Below, piece after piece: positions 1 to 11,393 of a stretch of DNA of 64,000 nt (positions within the stretch are counted from its first letter, which is position 1; each line of letters opens with the position of its first letter). Origin of the DNA: Lytechinus pictus. Lineage: Eukaryota. Both the position numbers and the translations under genes were made by a program. Where the stretch lies: NCBI RefSeq assembly GCF_037042905.1, contig NC_087250.1:8310001-8374000 (forward strand), given 5' to 3'. Under the pieces are notes generated by a model. The model was not told the origin of the DNA. It worked only from the letters and a program-made list of their open reading frames with translations, and searched no databases.

Positions 1-544
1 TCGACTATCCTTTTTTAAAGACCGCAACAATTATAAATTTTATTATAAAATATATATAGAATAAATTATTGCATAATATTATGTATATTTCTACAATTAA
101 AAAATATTTTGTGATATAAATTTAATATTTGACGTAAAAATCGCTATTGAACAAAATATTTATTAAAAAATAAAAAATCAAACAAAATAAAAAAGCCTTG
201 GACACAGTGCAAAAAACCTAACAATTTGGCTGCGTTGTTAACAACTATCGTAAGGGGCGCTTTATTTATAAATAAAAAAAAATGTACAGCTGTCTACCGC
301 GACGTGGTTTGTCGCAAGATTTGGGACAAATCCGTGGGAATTCTGGAGAAAATACATCAAAAGAACTGGTGAGTACCGTTTAAACATTATCAAATTACTA
401 AATAGATTATACATACCTTGTAGATTTAGTTTTTAAGGTGATATTAGTGCTTAGTTCTAAGCTAGGGAGGCCCAAACGCGCGTGAGCGGAGTCCCACTTT
501 ATTAACACGGGTAAGTATTGCGGTGTCGCCTAGACTAGAGTGGG

Positions 545-748
545 GTGTCCGGACACTTTATATTTTTGAAGCCTTCTTTTTTGTCTTTGGATTACACTAA
601 AAATATGAATTCAATAGTTGTAATCATCTTCCATTTTGTTCTCCATAATATTTCCTTATATTTTGTACGAAAAATTGATGAAACTTCGCTTGTAAATTTT
701 TCCAAATGACTTTCTAAAATTGATCGTCCGGACACACAACTGGGTATA
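545..748. repeat. Short dispersed repeat / MITE with GTGTCCGGACAC ends, copy 1
   Basis: Similar sequence at 37600-37824; both ends carry the palindromic GTCCGGAC motif. Confidence 0.6.
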
Positions 749-1713
749 GTACTAATACTACTACTAGTACTAGGCCTACTGCTGTGAGTGGGCTACTGGC
801 TACGTTTTGGCTGCTGTTTTTACCGATTAGTATATCGATATCAAGGTATTCTAGCTAGGAAGCCTTTCGTGAAACAGGTTTAGTAAGATTGGAACTAACT
901 CCGTGGTTGGTGGATAAAGATAAAGATATGACTAACTTGTCCAGGTGTTGAGAAACGGGCCCCTGGGGCCTGGGCGCCGGCTCACGAAGCGGGCCGGCGC
1001 TCCCGGGGTTATCGACCATCATGACCATATAATTATAATAATAATATCGCACTGTCTGAAATTAACTCACCAAAAATGATCTCCGATGAATTAATACATT
1101 GGAAAAATTGCAAAGATCTGCGTTTTTTACTAATGAGTTTCTTGTTGAATTGGAAACAAATGGAAATTGGCACGCCGTATCGGAATACACCAGTCGGCAG
1201 ACTGTACTTTATGAGAAGAAGAGTCGACCGCCAGCATGCAAGTTCAGATTTTCCCCTTTTTTTTGGTTTGTATTGTTAAGCGTACAGTATAAGGGAAGTA
1301 TGGAAAGCTATTTGTGCGCGAAAACTTATGGCAAATCACGAGCGGTCACTGATCAGTATCAAAATGTTGCAACAACCAATTTGCAATAACAATTTAAAGC
1401 AACTGAGATCATTAATTTTGATTGGCTGATAGTAAACTTGTTAAAGTATGCATTTATTATCATAACAAGTCTAAATGAAAAAGGGATCATGATCAATGCA
1501 AAGATTCATTTTTTTTAATTTTTTTTTTGATTTTTTTTTTTTTGGGGGGGGGGGGCGGGGGATTGATCACGGCTGCTATCCTTATAGAGTCACTTTTTTT
1601 TTTCTTAATCTTAGTTAGATTTGATTAGAAATTACTACTGATTCTATTTTGTGAGAAAATAAGGCCGAACGACATCATGGAATAAAGGAGCTAGATGGAA
1701 CCAGTTACAGTAA

Positions 1714-1905
1714 TGTAGACCTGTAGTGTGAACATATATAGATGCATGTGTTCTTCATTATTTCTTGATCATCCTCGATCTCTTCTCTTGTTAGTCGTCA
1801 ATATTCCATCTTTTCTTCCATCACCTTCTTTACATTCCCTTCAACATGCCAGATTCACTCTTCCATCCCTTTTTTTGTTCATGCTTTATTATGTTCACTC
1901 ATACT
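1714..1905 (+). repeat. 5' LTR, left fragment of the non-autonomous LTR element
   Basis: Starts TGTAGACCTGTAG and aligns by eye with 45227-45396. Confidence 0.85.
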
Positions 1906-1942
1906 CAGGGTGACCAGATTTCACAAAATGAAATACGGGATC

Positions 1943-3260
1943 TAGAGGGCGGCAAAATCATGAGCGGTGCTAGATTAAAAAGTGCTAAAATGTCCAACCA
2001 CTGAACTAAGTTAGAAATACAAAGAGAAAACATATTGCATCTTGCCTTCTACGGCGCATTCTCGAACAATTGACCTAGCAAAATGGTGGCGGTCACTTAT
2101 CGAGTTCGCTGGCGATGTTTTGCTTGGGTGTACACGACTTCCACGTATTTCTAGTTCAGTGATTGAAGCGGGTAGTGCTGTTGTCGATAGGCCTCATATC
2201 GACATTGATGTCGACATACGAAGGATTTTCAAAATTCTGACATGTCGACATGCACGCACCCACATCGACATGTAAATATAAAATAAAAAGGGGTCTAGCC
2301 TAAAGTCACAAGTGTAAAGCTTAGCTGAGAAGTTAGAAGCATTTATCCACAGTAATTGGCGTGATTAAAAGGTTTATTCAGCTTAGCAGCGCATTAAACG
2401 AAAAAAGAATACCTGCGAGCTGTGCAGCAGCAGAAATACGTCAGTGCAGGGCCGGCCTGCCCGATCGAGCCGGCCGCCCTCGATCCCGACTCGCTCTAGA
2501 TCTATATCTAGCGCTATAGCGAGCTGAGCGTAGCGTAGTAGCATTCACCGTACCCATCCATCGCGTGCTTGATAAAACGTTGCTCCTAAATGCATTACTT
2601 TTCACATAAACGTGAGCAGCAGCGAACACGTGTTTTTGTCAAAGTTGTGACCGCCGCAATTCAGCGCTTACTTCATATCACGAAGTCACAGAAAACTTCC
2701 CTTCATTTGTTTGGAGATCGTTGCACGGATCGCCCCGTAAGTGATACTGAAATTATCGGTCGATTTTCATTATTTTTTATTGTCAATTTGAGGAGCTTGC
2801 GTTTGCAGCACATGTGTACCAGCGTATAATACGCAATGATCACTGTTGTAATTGGTGATTCTCAAATTGACTCCGAGTGTTATTGCGCAATGTTTTCGAG
2901 ACCGGATCGTGGTACAAAAAATGTGGATTAAATCGGTTATTTTGGAAGTGAATTCACTCCAGCTTGGTAAAAAATATGTTTTCCCGAACTGAGCCTGTAT
3001 TATATAGATCTAGTGTGGGGATATCACTCGTGTCAAGGTGAATACATTTAATTGAGAGTGTTGTTCCACGATCGAATGCTTTTTTTATGTTAGGGAGCCT
3101 AGGCTAGATTACGGTCCCCTTTTCATGTCGACATTGTCGATGTCGGGATTAATTTTTAAGCGACATGTCGACATTGATTTTTGTTTCCGACAACAGCACT
3201 AGAAGCGGGACATTTTAGCACTTTTTAATCTAGCACCGCTCATGATTTTGCCGCCCTCTA
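1943..3260. mobile_element. Non-autonomous DNA transposon with ~53-bp TIRs
   Basis: TAGAGGGCGGCAAAATCATGAGCGGTGCTAG... at 1943 and its reverse complement ending at 3260. The terminal TA may be a TSD. Superfamily uncertain. Confidence 0.75.
2173..3201 (+). mobile_element. hAT-type MITE, copy 1
   Basis: TIR TAGTGCTGTTGTCG; 8-bp TSD GAAGCGGG (2165-2172, 3202-3209); second copy inverted at 26273-27318. Confidence 0.92.
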
Positions 3261-3554
3261 TACGCATAACGTAACTAGGTTGCATTTACAAAGATGGCGA
3301 TGTCAACAAGTGTAAGTAAACTCTCTTCTACTTTTATTAATTCATATAATTCTGGCATCATTTTGTAACCATAACTATCCATTTTTTGCCAAACGTTGCC
3401 AACCAATATTTTTACCCATGTACAGAAGTGTTAAAACTAGAATCTAAACATAACTAGCAGTTTGGCGCATTTTTATAGTTGCATTTTTCTTTGGTGTGTG
3501 GGAGCCTATAAGTACAAATGCCAGGCGTAAGGGGAGTGACCATACGTACAGTAT

Positions 3555-4323
3555 TGTGACGGCCTCTAATCCAACTTTCAGCTGACACGGTTTTCTTGTC
3601 AGGATGCCACCGTGCCTGACCGTCAGTTGCGTTCGTTTGGTCAAAGTATATGACCGTTGCTGATGGTTTATGGAAAAGACTGATTAACAACCATCACCAA
3701 CCGTCGTCTCTGGTTTCTCCAGTCAGATCATCCGTCGATTGCAATCGATCACCTCTCTCGTCTCATTTCAGTCAATCGGACATCCGTCGACCATTCAATC
3801 ACCAGCATTCGTTCCGTACACCAATCATTTGATCCTTTATAACACTCAAAAGAACGTAGTCCAGAGTGCAGGTTCAATGCTTGATCTTTACCTTTAATTT
3901 CTCAAAGATATATCATTGTACAGAACAAAATGAGATACAAGAGATGAAGGGCAGCATTTGCACTACGGTAAAGGGCCGTAACACAGAGCTTCCTTAATGG
4001 AAGTTGGCTCCTCGTATTTATGCATTTTTTAACACTTCGATAAAACAGTTACTAAAGATGACTTCAACAACTACAATAACCTAATTAACTTTGCTAATCA
4101 ACCAGCTTTCTCGAATAAAACAACTGGATAATGCTTAGACAACTTTGCTAATAATAAATTAATCAAAAGGTTTCATGACAACTCCAACATGTTTATAAAA
4201 TGTGCGATTTTGGCTAATTTTCGTTAAATCATAGAACGTATACACATACGATTTCCATATAGTCTACGTTTACAGACCCTATAACATCTCTATGACATTA
4301 AATCGGAAACATAGTTCGTTACA
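3555..4323 (-). repeat. Gypsy 3' LTR
   Basis: Direct repeat of 10625-11393 (offset 7070); no differences seen by eye. Confidence 0.97.
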
Positions 4324-4325
4324 CG

Positions 4326-4340
4326 ACTCCCTCCTCTCTC
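4326..4340 (-). promoter_or_regulatory. Polypurine tract of the Gypsy element
   Basis: Minus strand GAGAGAGGAGGGAG just upstream of the 3' LTR. Confidence 0.85.
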
Positions 4341-4662
4341 GAGCTTGGTCCCCAAGCTAATTAATAACAAACTGTCAACTACTAAACAGAAGGTAACGAA
4401 AAACTCCAAAACAACATAATTTCAACTTTAAGTTTCGAAACACAATAAAGACTTTGTCATATAATTTCTTGTAACAGGTAATTCAGTACAACTTTTTTTT
4501 ATACAATGCAAAGCAACACTGAAATTATGCATTGATTAAAGTCCACAAAAGTCAATATTTTTGACGTCCGGTATCCGTAAAAAGCTTGAAGATTGCAATT
4601 GAGTTCATTATCATGTATCCTTCAGAACTGGTAACTTAGTCCTGGTTAAAGTTGTAGGAAAC

Positions 4663-7600
4663 TCATGTCACAAAATAATCCCGCAGGTATGTAGCAGGTC
4701 GTCTGTCACGGGAGGGATACCGTCTGGCTGAAGTTTCTTTTTCAGGTGTGGTTTCTCCTGTAGCAGTGGGTAATTGTTCATTAGTTGTACCCCCTGCTGT
4801 TGCTCCATCTGTTGCGTCTGCTGGACTGTTGTCTGGTGGCTCTCCAGGTACATCGTCATTGGGTGGAATGTCTCCTGAGGAGCTTTCCAAAGTGTGGTCG
4901 TCCGCCGAAGCTTCATGTGGTTCACCTGCAAGGGTATCATCTGCGGCATGGCTTCTGTCTGGTGGATCTCCAGGCACATCAACATCTGGCATAACGTCTT
5001 CTGGGGAACTTTCAGTATCATGGTCAGTTGTTAACGTGTCATCTTCTGGTCTATCAGATGCGTCTTCACCTGCTGGCGTCTGGTCTGGTGGGTCTCCAGG
5101 CACATCAACATCTGGTAGGATGTCTGCTGGGGAGTCGGTTGTGTCATGCCTGTTGGCACTACTTGGCGAACTTTGTCCTGATTCTTCATCCGCTGAATTC
5201 TCCGGGACCAAGTCTTCTCCAGCGGGTCTGAATTCCCAAGTGGGAAGCCTTACGCCTTGATAGGGCTTCAGCCTGTCAATGTGTACGACCAGTGGTTTAG
5301 ACCTCCGTGACTGTTGAATCCTAACTGTGACATCTGACAGGCGAGTAACAACTAGGTAAGGGCCAAGCCATCGTGGTTGCAGTTTCGGGCAGCGGCCCTT
5401 TTCTCTGGTTTTCTTTCGTAGCCATACAAATTGTCCCACAGCATAAAGAGCTGTATGCACCTTCCTGTCGTAGAACGACTTCTGCCGACGACTCGCTGTC
5501 TTCAAGGATTCTCTTGCTACCTTGTGAGCTCTTTCTAGACGATTCCGGAGCCTGGCACTGTAGTCTGTCTGGTCATCATATTCGGCGGTCTCAGGAGGAG
5601 GGAGATCCCAGTCCATAGGCATGGTTGTTTCTCGCCCTAACATTAACATGTTGGGTGTTTCACCGGTTGATCCCTGGGGGCAACTTCTATAAGCACATGT
5701 AGCGAAGGGGATGAATTGATCCCAATTCCTTTCTCCATCCATGTCCAGGAATGCAGCGATTGTATCCACCAGGGTACGGTTGTACCTTTCGACTAGCCCA
5801 TCGGACTTGGGATTATAGGCAGTGGTTCTGGTTTTGGTGACTCCCAGGATCTTGCAGACTTCTGTGAAGACTTCAGACACGAAGTTGCGCCCCTGGTCTG
5901 AATGGATATACCTAGGAACCCCAAACCGACATGTAAACTCTGTGACAAGTTTCTCTGCCACCGTCTCAGCTTTCTCATCGGGGATTGGGTATGCCTCCAT
6001 CCATTTTGTGAAGTAATCCCCAACGACAAGAACATACTTGTTGCCATTGTCGGTCTTGGGTAGAGGGCCAAGGATGTCTAAAGCAATCCTCTCCATGGGT
6101 GAACCACTTATTCTTTGCTGCAAGGGGGCTCGTCTTGTTTGGCCATGTACTTTCCGTCTAGCACAGATGTCACATTCTCTTAGAGCAGAACGGAAATCCT
6201 CTTTCATTCCGACCCAGTAATACTTTAGTCTAGCCCTTCCCATTGACTTTTCCACGCCAAAATGACCTCCAGTTAAGGTTGCATGAGTCTCCTGGATGAT
6301 GTCCTTGATCATGACTTTTGGGACGACCAACTGCCGGCGAATTGTTGCTCCATCCTCAGATTCCCAGCGTCGGTAGAGTACCCCATCGATGACAACAAGT
6401 GCTTCCCAGTGTTCAAGGAGTCTTCTAGCTTTAACTGACCATGATGCACTTTCTTCCTCCAAAGGTTTGGTTGCTGAGGTCTTTGCATTCAGCACAGGGC
6501 TGATATTCTCGTCTTCTCGTTGTAAGTCACCAATGTTTGTTGCTGGCTCGGGTGCAACCTCCCATGTAGCCATAATCTGTCCAACACAACCTTCATCCTC
6601 CCGGCAGCACTGCAAACAAGGTTTCCGGGAAAGACCATCAGCATTCGCATGACTCCGTCCCTGCCTATGTTGGATGTCAAAGTCGTACTCAGCTATAATC
6701 TCCATCCATCTAGCAAACTGGCCTCTTGGATCTTTAAAGTGAACCAGCCATTGCAGAGATCCATGGTCTGTTCTGATGGTGACATGTCGGCCATATAAGT
6801 ATTGGCGGAACTGCCTCAGGAATACCACCACTGCCAAAAGCTCCTTCCTGGTGACACAGTAGTTCAGCTCTGTCTTGTGTAGAGTGCGACTAGCATAGGC
6901 AATCACCTTCTCGACACCTCCTTGCACTTGAGAAAGGACAGCCCCTATGCCCATGTCACTAGCATCGGTGTCCAAGATGTAGCGCCCTTCTGCAGATGGA
7001 TAAGCAAGGATAGGTGGAGTAATCAGTCTCCGTTTCAGCTCTTCAAACGCTTCCTGACACTCTTTTGTCCACTCAAATTCTCGGTTCTTCTCCGTCAATT
7101 GATGTAATGGTTTTGCCACCATTGCAAATCCCTTCACAAAGCGTCGATAGTAGGACATTAGTCCAATAAAGCTTCGGACTTCTTTAACGGACCGTGGAAT
7201 TGGCCAATTTCTGATGGCTTCTGTCTTTTCTGGGTCTGTTGTGACTCCATCTGCTGATACCACATGCCCCAGATAGACGACACTGGTCCGGAACAGATGA
7301 CACTTTGACGGTTTTAGCTTCAATCCAGATTCCCTCAAACGTTGGAAGACAATTCTTAGTCTAGCTAGTTCCTCCTCAACCGTCTCCCCATACACGATGA
7401 TGTCATCTAAGTAAACAAGCAACATCTTCCATGTCAACCCGGACAGTACTCTATCCATCAGCCGTTCAAAGGTGGCGGGCGCATTGCACAGTCCAAAGGG
7501 CATGACACGCCATCCATACAACCCACCATTGGCCATGAATGCTGACTTCAACTTGGCTTGTTCATCCAACTGGACTTGCCAATAACCACTGGCAAGATCT

Positions 7601-10344
7601 AGAGTTGAAAACCACTTGGCACCACTTAAGGAATCCAGGGTGTCGTCAATCCTGGGTAGGGGGTATGCGTCCTTCACTGTCACCTCGTTCAGTTGACGGT
7701 AATCTATACAGAACCGCTTGGTGCCATCCTTCTTGGTAACCAGAACAACATTAGACGACCATGGACCTGACACCGGTTCGACCAGCCCTTTAGTCAGTAA
7801 GTCACCAAGTTGCCTGTCGATCTCTTCCCTCTGGCCTGCTGGATGTCGTCTTGCTGGCTGTTTTACCGGTCTTGCATCCCCTGTGTTGATCGAATGCTGT
7901 ACCAGGCTGGTCTTCCCCAGGTCATTTGCACTTTGTGCAAAGATGTCTGCAAAATCCTGTAGCAATGCCACCACTTTTTCACGCTGGTGCTCAGGGAGTT
8001 GCTCTGTACTTCGTTGATACAGATTTTCTAGATGTTTTGGTACAGAGTTCGACATCTGGTCAGATTGGGGACAGCGGGCTTCCTCCATATCTTCTACTTC
8101 TTGAATCGAACTCAAACTTGCCACCATCATGCCCTTCTTGACAGTGGTTTGCCTTCTAGTTGAGTTGAAGATCCTTATTGGCAAAGTTTCTGCATCTGCT
8201 GGAACCACAGCCCTGGCTACTAGGAGGCCCTTCTTGCTCAATTCTGTCGAACTGGTAGGGGCTTCCAACAATCCGACCCCGCTAATGGTCATGGAGTTAC
8301 ATCCAGCCACTTCTCCTTTGAGAACAACCTCATGCCCGGCAGGGACGATACTGGTTTCGGAGGCCACGACTCTGCAGCAAAAGTGTCTGCCCTCCTGGTC
8401 TTTACATGGGATGGATTGCCAGGGTGTTCGAAGTTCCATCTTATGGCAATCTAGTTCAGCATGCATCTGAATTAACAGGTCAAGACCGATGATACCCTCA
8501 TTCTTCAATGTAGCCACGGTCAGTTCGACCATGAAGACCAATCCTCCAATGTGCAGTTCCATCGCGGCTTTTCCCCTTGTGTCTAAAGGTGATCCATCAG
8601 CCTGCTGCACCGTGTTATTCATTTCCTCCAAGACTGGCTGCTTTTCCTTGTCGATCATGTTGAAAACATTGTCGGCAATAAAAGATTGCGACGATCCAGT
8701 ATCAATCAGGAATGTTACTGACTGCCCATTGACTTCAGACTCAATGAAAATGCCTTGCCGCTTGACGTTTCCTGACGTACCAACTCGAACTTGTCCAGCT
8801 CCTGGTTGGCCATCCGGTCTAGATGTTTGCTGTCTGTTCCCTCCTGAATCTTTTCCATCTGGACTGGAATGACTGGATTGCCCCCTCTCAATATCTAGTA
8901 GATTATTTGGGCAGTCCTTCTTGAAATGTCCGGTTCCATGACAAAGGTGACAGCGTTTGGTGTCTTTCTCTTCATAAGGACAATTTCGGGCGAAATGTCC
9001 CTGCTGTCCGCAGTTATAGCAGATTCCGTCATACTGTCGTCTCTTTTGGAGTTGCGGTCCGGTGTTGCCTCCCTGTGACGCACTGCTTACATATTTGGTT
9101 AGCAAATCCAACCTAGCTGTAAGATCAGCTAGCATCTTTTCCATCTTTCTAACGACTTCTGCTGTATTGGGGCTAGCAGGGCTCTGCGGCTGCTCATTGT
9201 TGGTCAGTGCCCGACTATGACTGTGCCGGGGAGAATGTCTGAATTCGCTTCGCTCTGTCTCCATCTTAAGGAATGCCTCTGTGTTCAGAGCTGCCTGTAT
9301 GGCCTCATCCAAGGTACGTGGTTGAGCTCGAAACAGACCTTCTCGAATTGCCGGGTTCACCACTGCATCCATGAAATGACTTCGGGCTAGTTTATCTTGA
9401 CCATCTGGGTCAAACTCTTGATAGGCCATCCCTGCCAGGTCTCGGATGCTTTGCCCAAGTTCTTGGAGTGTCTCTTGTGGCTTCCTACGTCGTGCTCTTA
9501 GCTCTGCTAGAAATACATCAGCCTTCCCTGAAGGACCAAAACGTTGTTTAAGTCTGTTGACCAACTCCTGATATGGCAGCTCCATCTCACCATGCTTCGC
9601 CAAAAGTTTCAGTGCCGGACCCCTCAAACTAGCTGCCAGGAAATGTGATGCCTGCCTGTCCGTCCAGTTGTTGATGACAGCACATGCCTCGAAATGCTCC
9701 AAGTAATCAAGGATTGGAGCCTTCCCGTCGAAGCGATCTGGTAACATGCAAGGCTTTGCATTAATGTCCTCTGTTTGTCCTTTGAAAGATGGTCGATTAT
9801 TAAATCGATCATGGTGGTCGCTCATTCGGCCAGGGAATTGATAGTTTGAGGCAGTTTCATCCCTAACTGGAAACTGTTGGTACATCTGAGGACTATATGA
9901 CCCAGGAAAGGAAGGCCGAGGGCTCTGCCGAATTCCCTCTACTGTGTGGTCAGACGTCGTAGGCAAGTTATCAAATGTTTGGTGGGAATTTCCTACAGGC
10001 GGCATGCGTGGATAACCGATAGGAGTTGTTGAGTCAGCCGCAATCTCATGTGCGGTACTCCCTCTGATCAGCCTTCTCGGTTGAAGAGATGGTTCTGTTT
10101 CTCGCACTCCGTCATTCATAGCCGATGTCCTAACGCCAGTGGGAGGCATGCTAGCAATCCCTGTATCACCAGAATGTTGGAAGAGCGGAGTGCTCTGCTG
10201 TGAGTGACGACGTGGCAGTGGAGACCCAGATGTTCGGTGCAAATCAGTGAGTTGTTCGTTGATTTCTGTAATATGGTCTTCCACTTGTTGGATCAGCTCC
10301 GCAGGTGTTAAATGATAAGCAGGATTCCCCTGTACTGCTTCCAT
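4663..10344 (-). CDS. gag-pol: Gag-Pol polyprotein, 1893 aa (Gag with two CCHC knuckles, aspartic protease, RT, RNase H, integrase with GPY/F motif)
   Basis: Motifs CYNCGQQGHFARNC and CHLCHGTGHFKKDC; LIDTGS; LVYLDDII; LDTDASDMGIGAVL; HHCC zinc motif; DILGP/DQGRNF/VERYN; WLGPY. Uninterrupted ORF. Confidence 0.97.
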   Translation of the reverse strand: MEAVQGNPAYHLTPAELIQQVEDHITEINEQLTDLHRTSGSPLPRRHSQQSTPLFQHSGDTGIASMPPTGVRTSAMNDGVRETEPSLQPRRLIRGSTAHEIAADSTTPIGYPRMPPVGNSHQTFDNLPTTSDHTVEGIRQSPRPSFPGSYSPQMYQQFPVRDETASNYQFPGRMSDHHDRFNNRPSFKGQTEDINAKPCMLPDRFDGKAPILDYLEHFEACAVINNWTDRQASHFLAASLRGPALKLLAKHGEMELPYQELVNRLKQRFGPSGKADVFLAELRARRRKPQETLQELGQSIRDLAGMAYQEFDPDGQDKLARSHFMDAVVNPAIREGLFRAQPRTLDEAIQAALNTEAFLKMETERSEFRHSPRHSHSRALTNNEQPQSPASPNTAEVVRKMEKMLADLTARLDLLTKYVSSASQGGNTGPQLQKRRQYDGICYNCGQQGHFARNCPYEEKDTKRCHLCHGTGHFKKDCPNNLLDIERGQSSHSSPDGKDSGGNRQQTSRPDGQPGAGQVRVGTSGNVKRQGIFIESEVNGQSVTFLIDTGSSQSFIADNVFNMIDKEKQPVLEEMNNTVQQADGSPLDTRGKAAMELHIGGLVFMVELTVATLKNEGIIGLDLLIQMHAELDCHKMELRTPWQSIPCKDQEGRHFCCRVVASETSIVPAGHEVVLKGEVAGCNSMTISGVGLLEAPTSSTELSKKGLLVARAVVPADAETLPIRIFNSTRRQTTVKKGMMVASLSSIQEVEDMEEARCPQSDQMSNSVPKHLENLYQRSTEQLPEHQREKVVALLQDFADIFAQSANDLGKTSLVQHSINTGDARPVKQPARRHPAGQREEIDRQLGDLLTKGLVEPVSGPWSSNVVLVTKKDGTKRFCIDYRQLNEVTVKDAYPLPRIDDTLDSLSGAKWFSTLDLASGYWQVQLDEQAKLKSAFMANGGLYGWRVMPFGLCNAPATFERLMDRVLSGLTWKMLLVYLDDIIVYGETVEEELARLRIVFQRLRESGLKLKPSKCHLFRTSVVYLGHVVSADGVTTDPEKTEAIRNWPIPRSVKEVRSFIGLMSYYRRFVKGFAMVAKPLHQLTEKNREFEWTKECQEAFEELKRRLITPPILAYPSAEGRYILDTDASDMGIGAVLSQVQGGVEKVIAYASRTLHKTELNYCVTRKELLAVVVFLRQFRQYLYGRHVTIRTDHGSLQWLVHFKDPRGQFARWMEIIAEYDFDIQHRQGRSHANADGLSRKPCLQCCREDEGCVGQIMATWEVAPEPATNIGDLQREDENISPVLNAKTSATKPLEEESASWSVKARRLLEHWEALVVIDGVLYRRWESEDGATIRRQLVVPKVMIKDIIQETHATLTGGHFGVEKSMGRARLKYYWVGMKEDFRSALRECDICARRKVHGQTRRAPLQQRISGSPMERIALDILGPLPKTDNGNKYVLVVGDYFTKWMEAYPIPDEKAETVAEKLVTEFTCRFGVPRYIHSDQGRNFVSEVFTEVCKILGVTKTRTTAYNPKSDGLVERYNRTLVDTIAAFLDMDGERNWDQFIPFATCAYRSCPQGSTGETPNMLMLGRETTMPMDWDLPPPETAEYDDQTDYSARLRNRLERAHKVARESLKTASRRQKSFYDRKVHTALYAVGQFVWLRKKTREKGRCPKLQPRWLGPYLVVTRLSDVTVRIQQSRRSKPLVVHIDRLKPYQGVRLPTWEFRPAGEDLVPENSADEESGQSSPSSANRHDTTDSPADILPDVDVPGDPPDQTPAGEDASDRPEDDTLTTDHDTESSPEDVMPDVDVPGDPPDRSHAADDTLAGEPHEASADDHTLESSSGDIPPNDDVPGEPPDNSPADATDGATAGGTTNEQLPTATGETTPEKETSARRYPSRDRRPATYLRDYFVT

Positions 10345-10419
10345 GTTCGACAGCTTAATTCAGAAAATGGTGATTGTCAACTTTTGTAAACCGATTGATC
10401 TTTCTCCAATTTTTGCTCC

Positions 10420-10595
10420 AACCAAGTCCTTCGCCAACCAGTTCTGCACCAACCAGTCCTTCTCCAACCAGTTCTGCACCAATCAGTCCTTCTCCAACCA
10501 GTTCTGCACCAACCAGTCCTTCTCCAACCAGTTCTGCACCAACCAGTTCTGACCAACCAGTCCTTCTCCAACCAGTTCTGCACCAACCAGTCAAA
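10420..10595. repeat. 30-bp minisatellite in the Gypsy 5' leader
   Basis: ACCAGTCCTTCTCCAACCAGTTCTGCACCA units made of two related 15-mers, about 5 copies. Confidence 0.9.
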
Positions 10596-10604
10596 CCAGC
10601 AGCA

Positions 10605-10622
10605 ATCCCACTTCTGACACCA
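10605..10622 (-). promoter_or_regulatory. Primer-binding site complementary to tRNA-Leu (CAA/CAG type)
   Basis: TGGTGTCAGAAGTGGGAT, 2 nt from the 5' LTR, matches the recalled tRNA-Leu 3' end ATCCCACTTCTGACACCA. Confidence 0.85.
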
Positions 10623-10624
10623 CG

Positions 10625-11393
10625 TGTGACGGCCTCTAATCCAACTTTCAGCTGACACGGTTTTCTTGTCAGGATGCCACCGTGCCTGACCGTCAGTTGC
10701 GTTCGTTTGGTCAAAGTATATGACCGTTGCTGATGGTTTATGGAAAAGACTGATTAACAACCATCACCAACCGTCGTCTCTGGTTTCTCCAGTCAGATCA
10801 TCCGTCGATTGCAATCGATCACCTCTCTCGTCTCATTTCAGTCAATCGGACATCCGTCGACCATTCAATCACCAGCATTCGTTCCGTACACCAATCATTT
10901 GATCCTTTATAACACTCAAAAGAACGTAGTCCAGAGTGCAGGTTCAATGCTTGATCTTTACCTTTAATTTCTCAAAGATATATCATTGTACAGAACAAAA
11001 TGAGATACAAGAGATGAAGGGCAGCATTTGCACTACGGTAAAGGGCCGTAACACAGAGCTTCCTTAATGGAAGTTGGCTCCTCGTATTTATGCATTTTTT
11101 AACACTTCGATAAAACAGTTACTAAAGATGACTTCAACAACTACAATAACCTAATTAACTTTGCTAATCAACCAGCTTTCTCGAATAAAACAACTGGATA
11201 ATGCTTAGACAACTTTGCTAATAATAAATTAATCAAAAGGTTTCATGACAACTCCAACATGTTTATAAAATGTGCGATTTTGGCTAATTTTCGTTAAATC
11301 ATAGAACGTATACACATACGATTTCCATATAGTCTACGTTTACAGACCCTATAACATCTCTATGACATTAAATCGGAAACATAGTTCGTTACA
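10625..11393 (-). repeat. Gypsy 5' LTR
   Basis: Direct repeat of 3555-4323. Confidence 0.97.

Larger units (their letters stand above)
3555..11393 (-). mobile_element. Full-length Ty3/Gypsy LTR retrotransposon
   Basis: Two 769-bp LTRs with TG...CA ends, 4-bp TSD GTAT (3551-3554, 11394-11397), PBS, PPT and an intact gag-pol in PR-RT-RH-IN order. Confidence 0.98.

Noticed and set aside
855..1389. Short ORFs beside a GC-rich patch and a possible donor at 370
   Set aside because: No recognisable motifs. It may be a gene 5' region but cannot be supported from sequence alone.
4324..4662. env-like gene in the Gypsy element
   Set aside because: Only about 340 bp lie between pol and the 3' LTR, with no ORF.
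4748..5260. 170-aa antisense Ser/Gly-rich ORF
   Set aside because: Mirror of the low-complexity integrase tail.
8080..8400. dUTPase between protease and RT
   Set aside because: Beta-rich spacer without recognisable dUTPase catalytic motifs; needs an HMM search.
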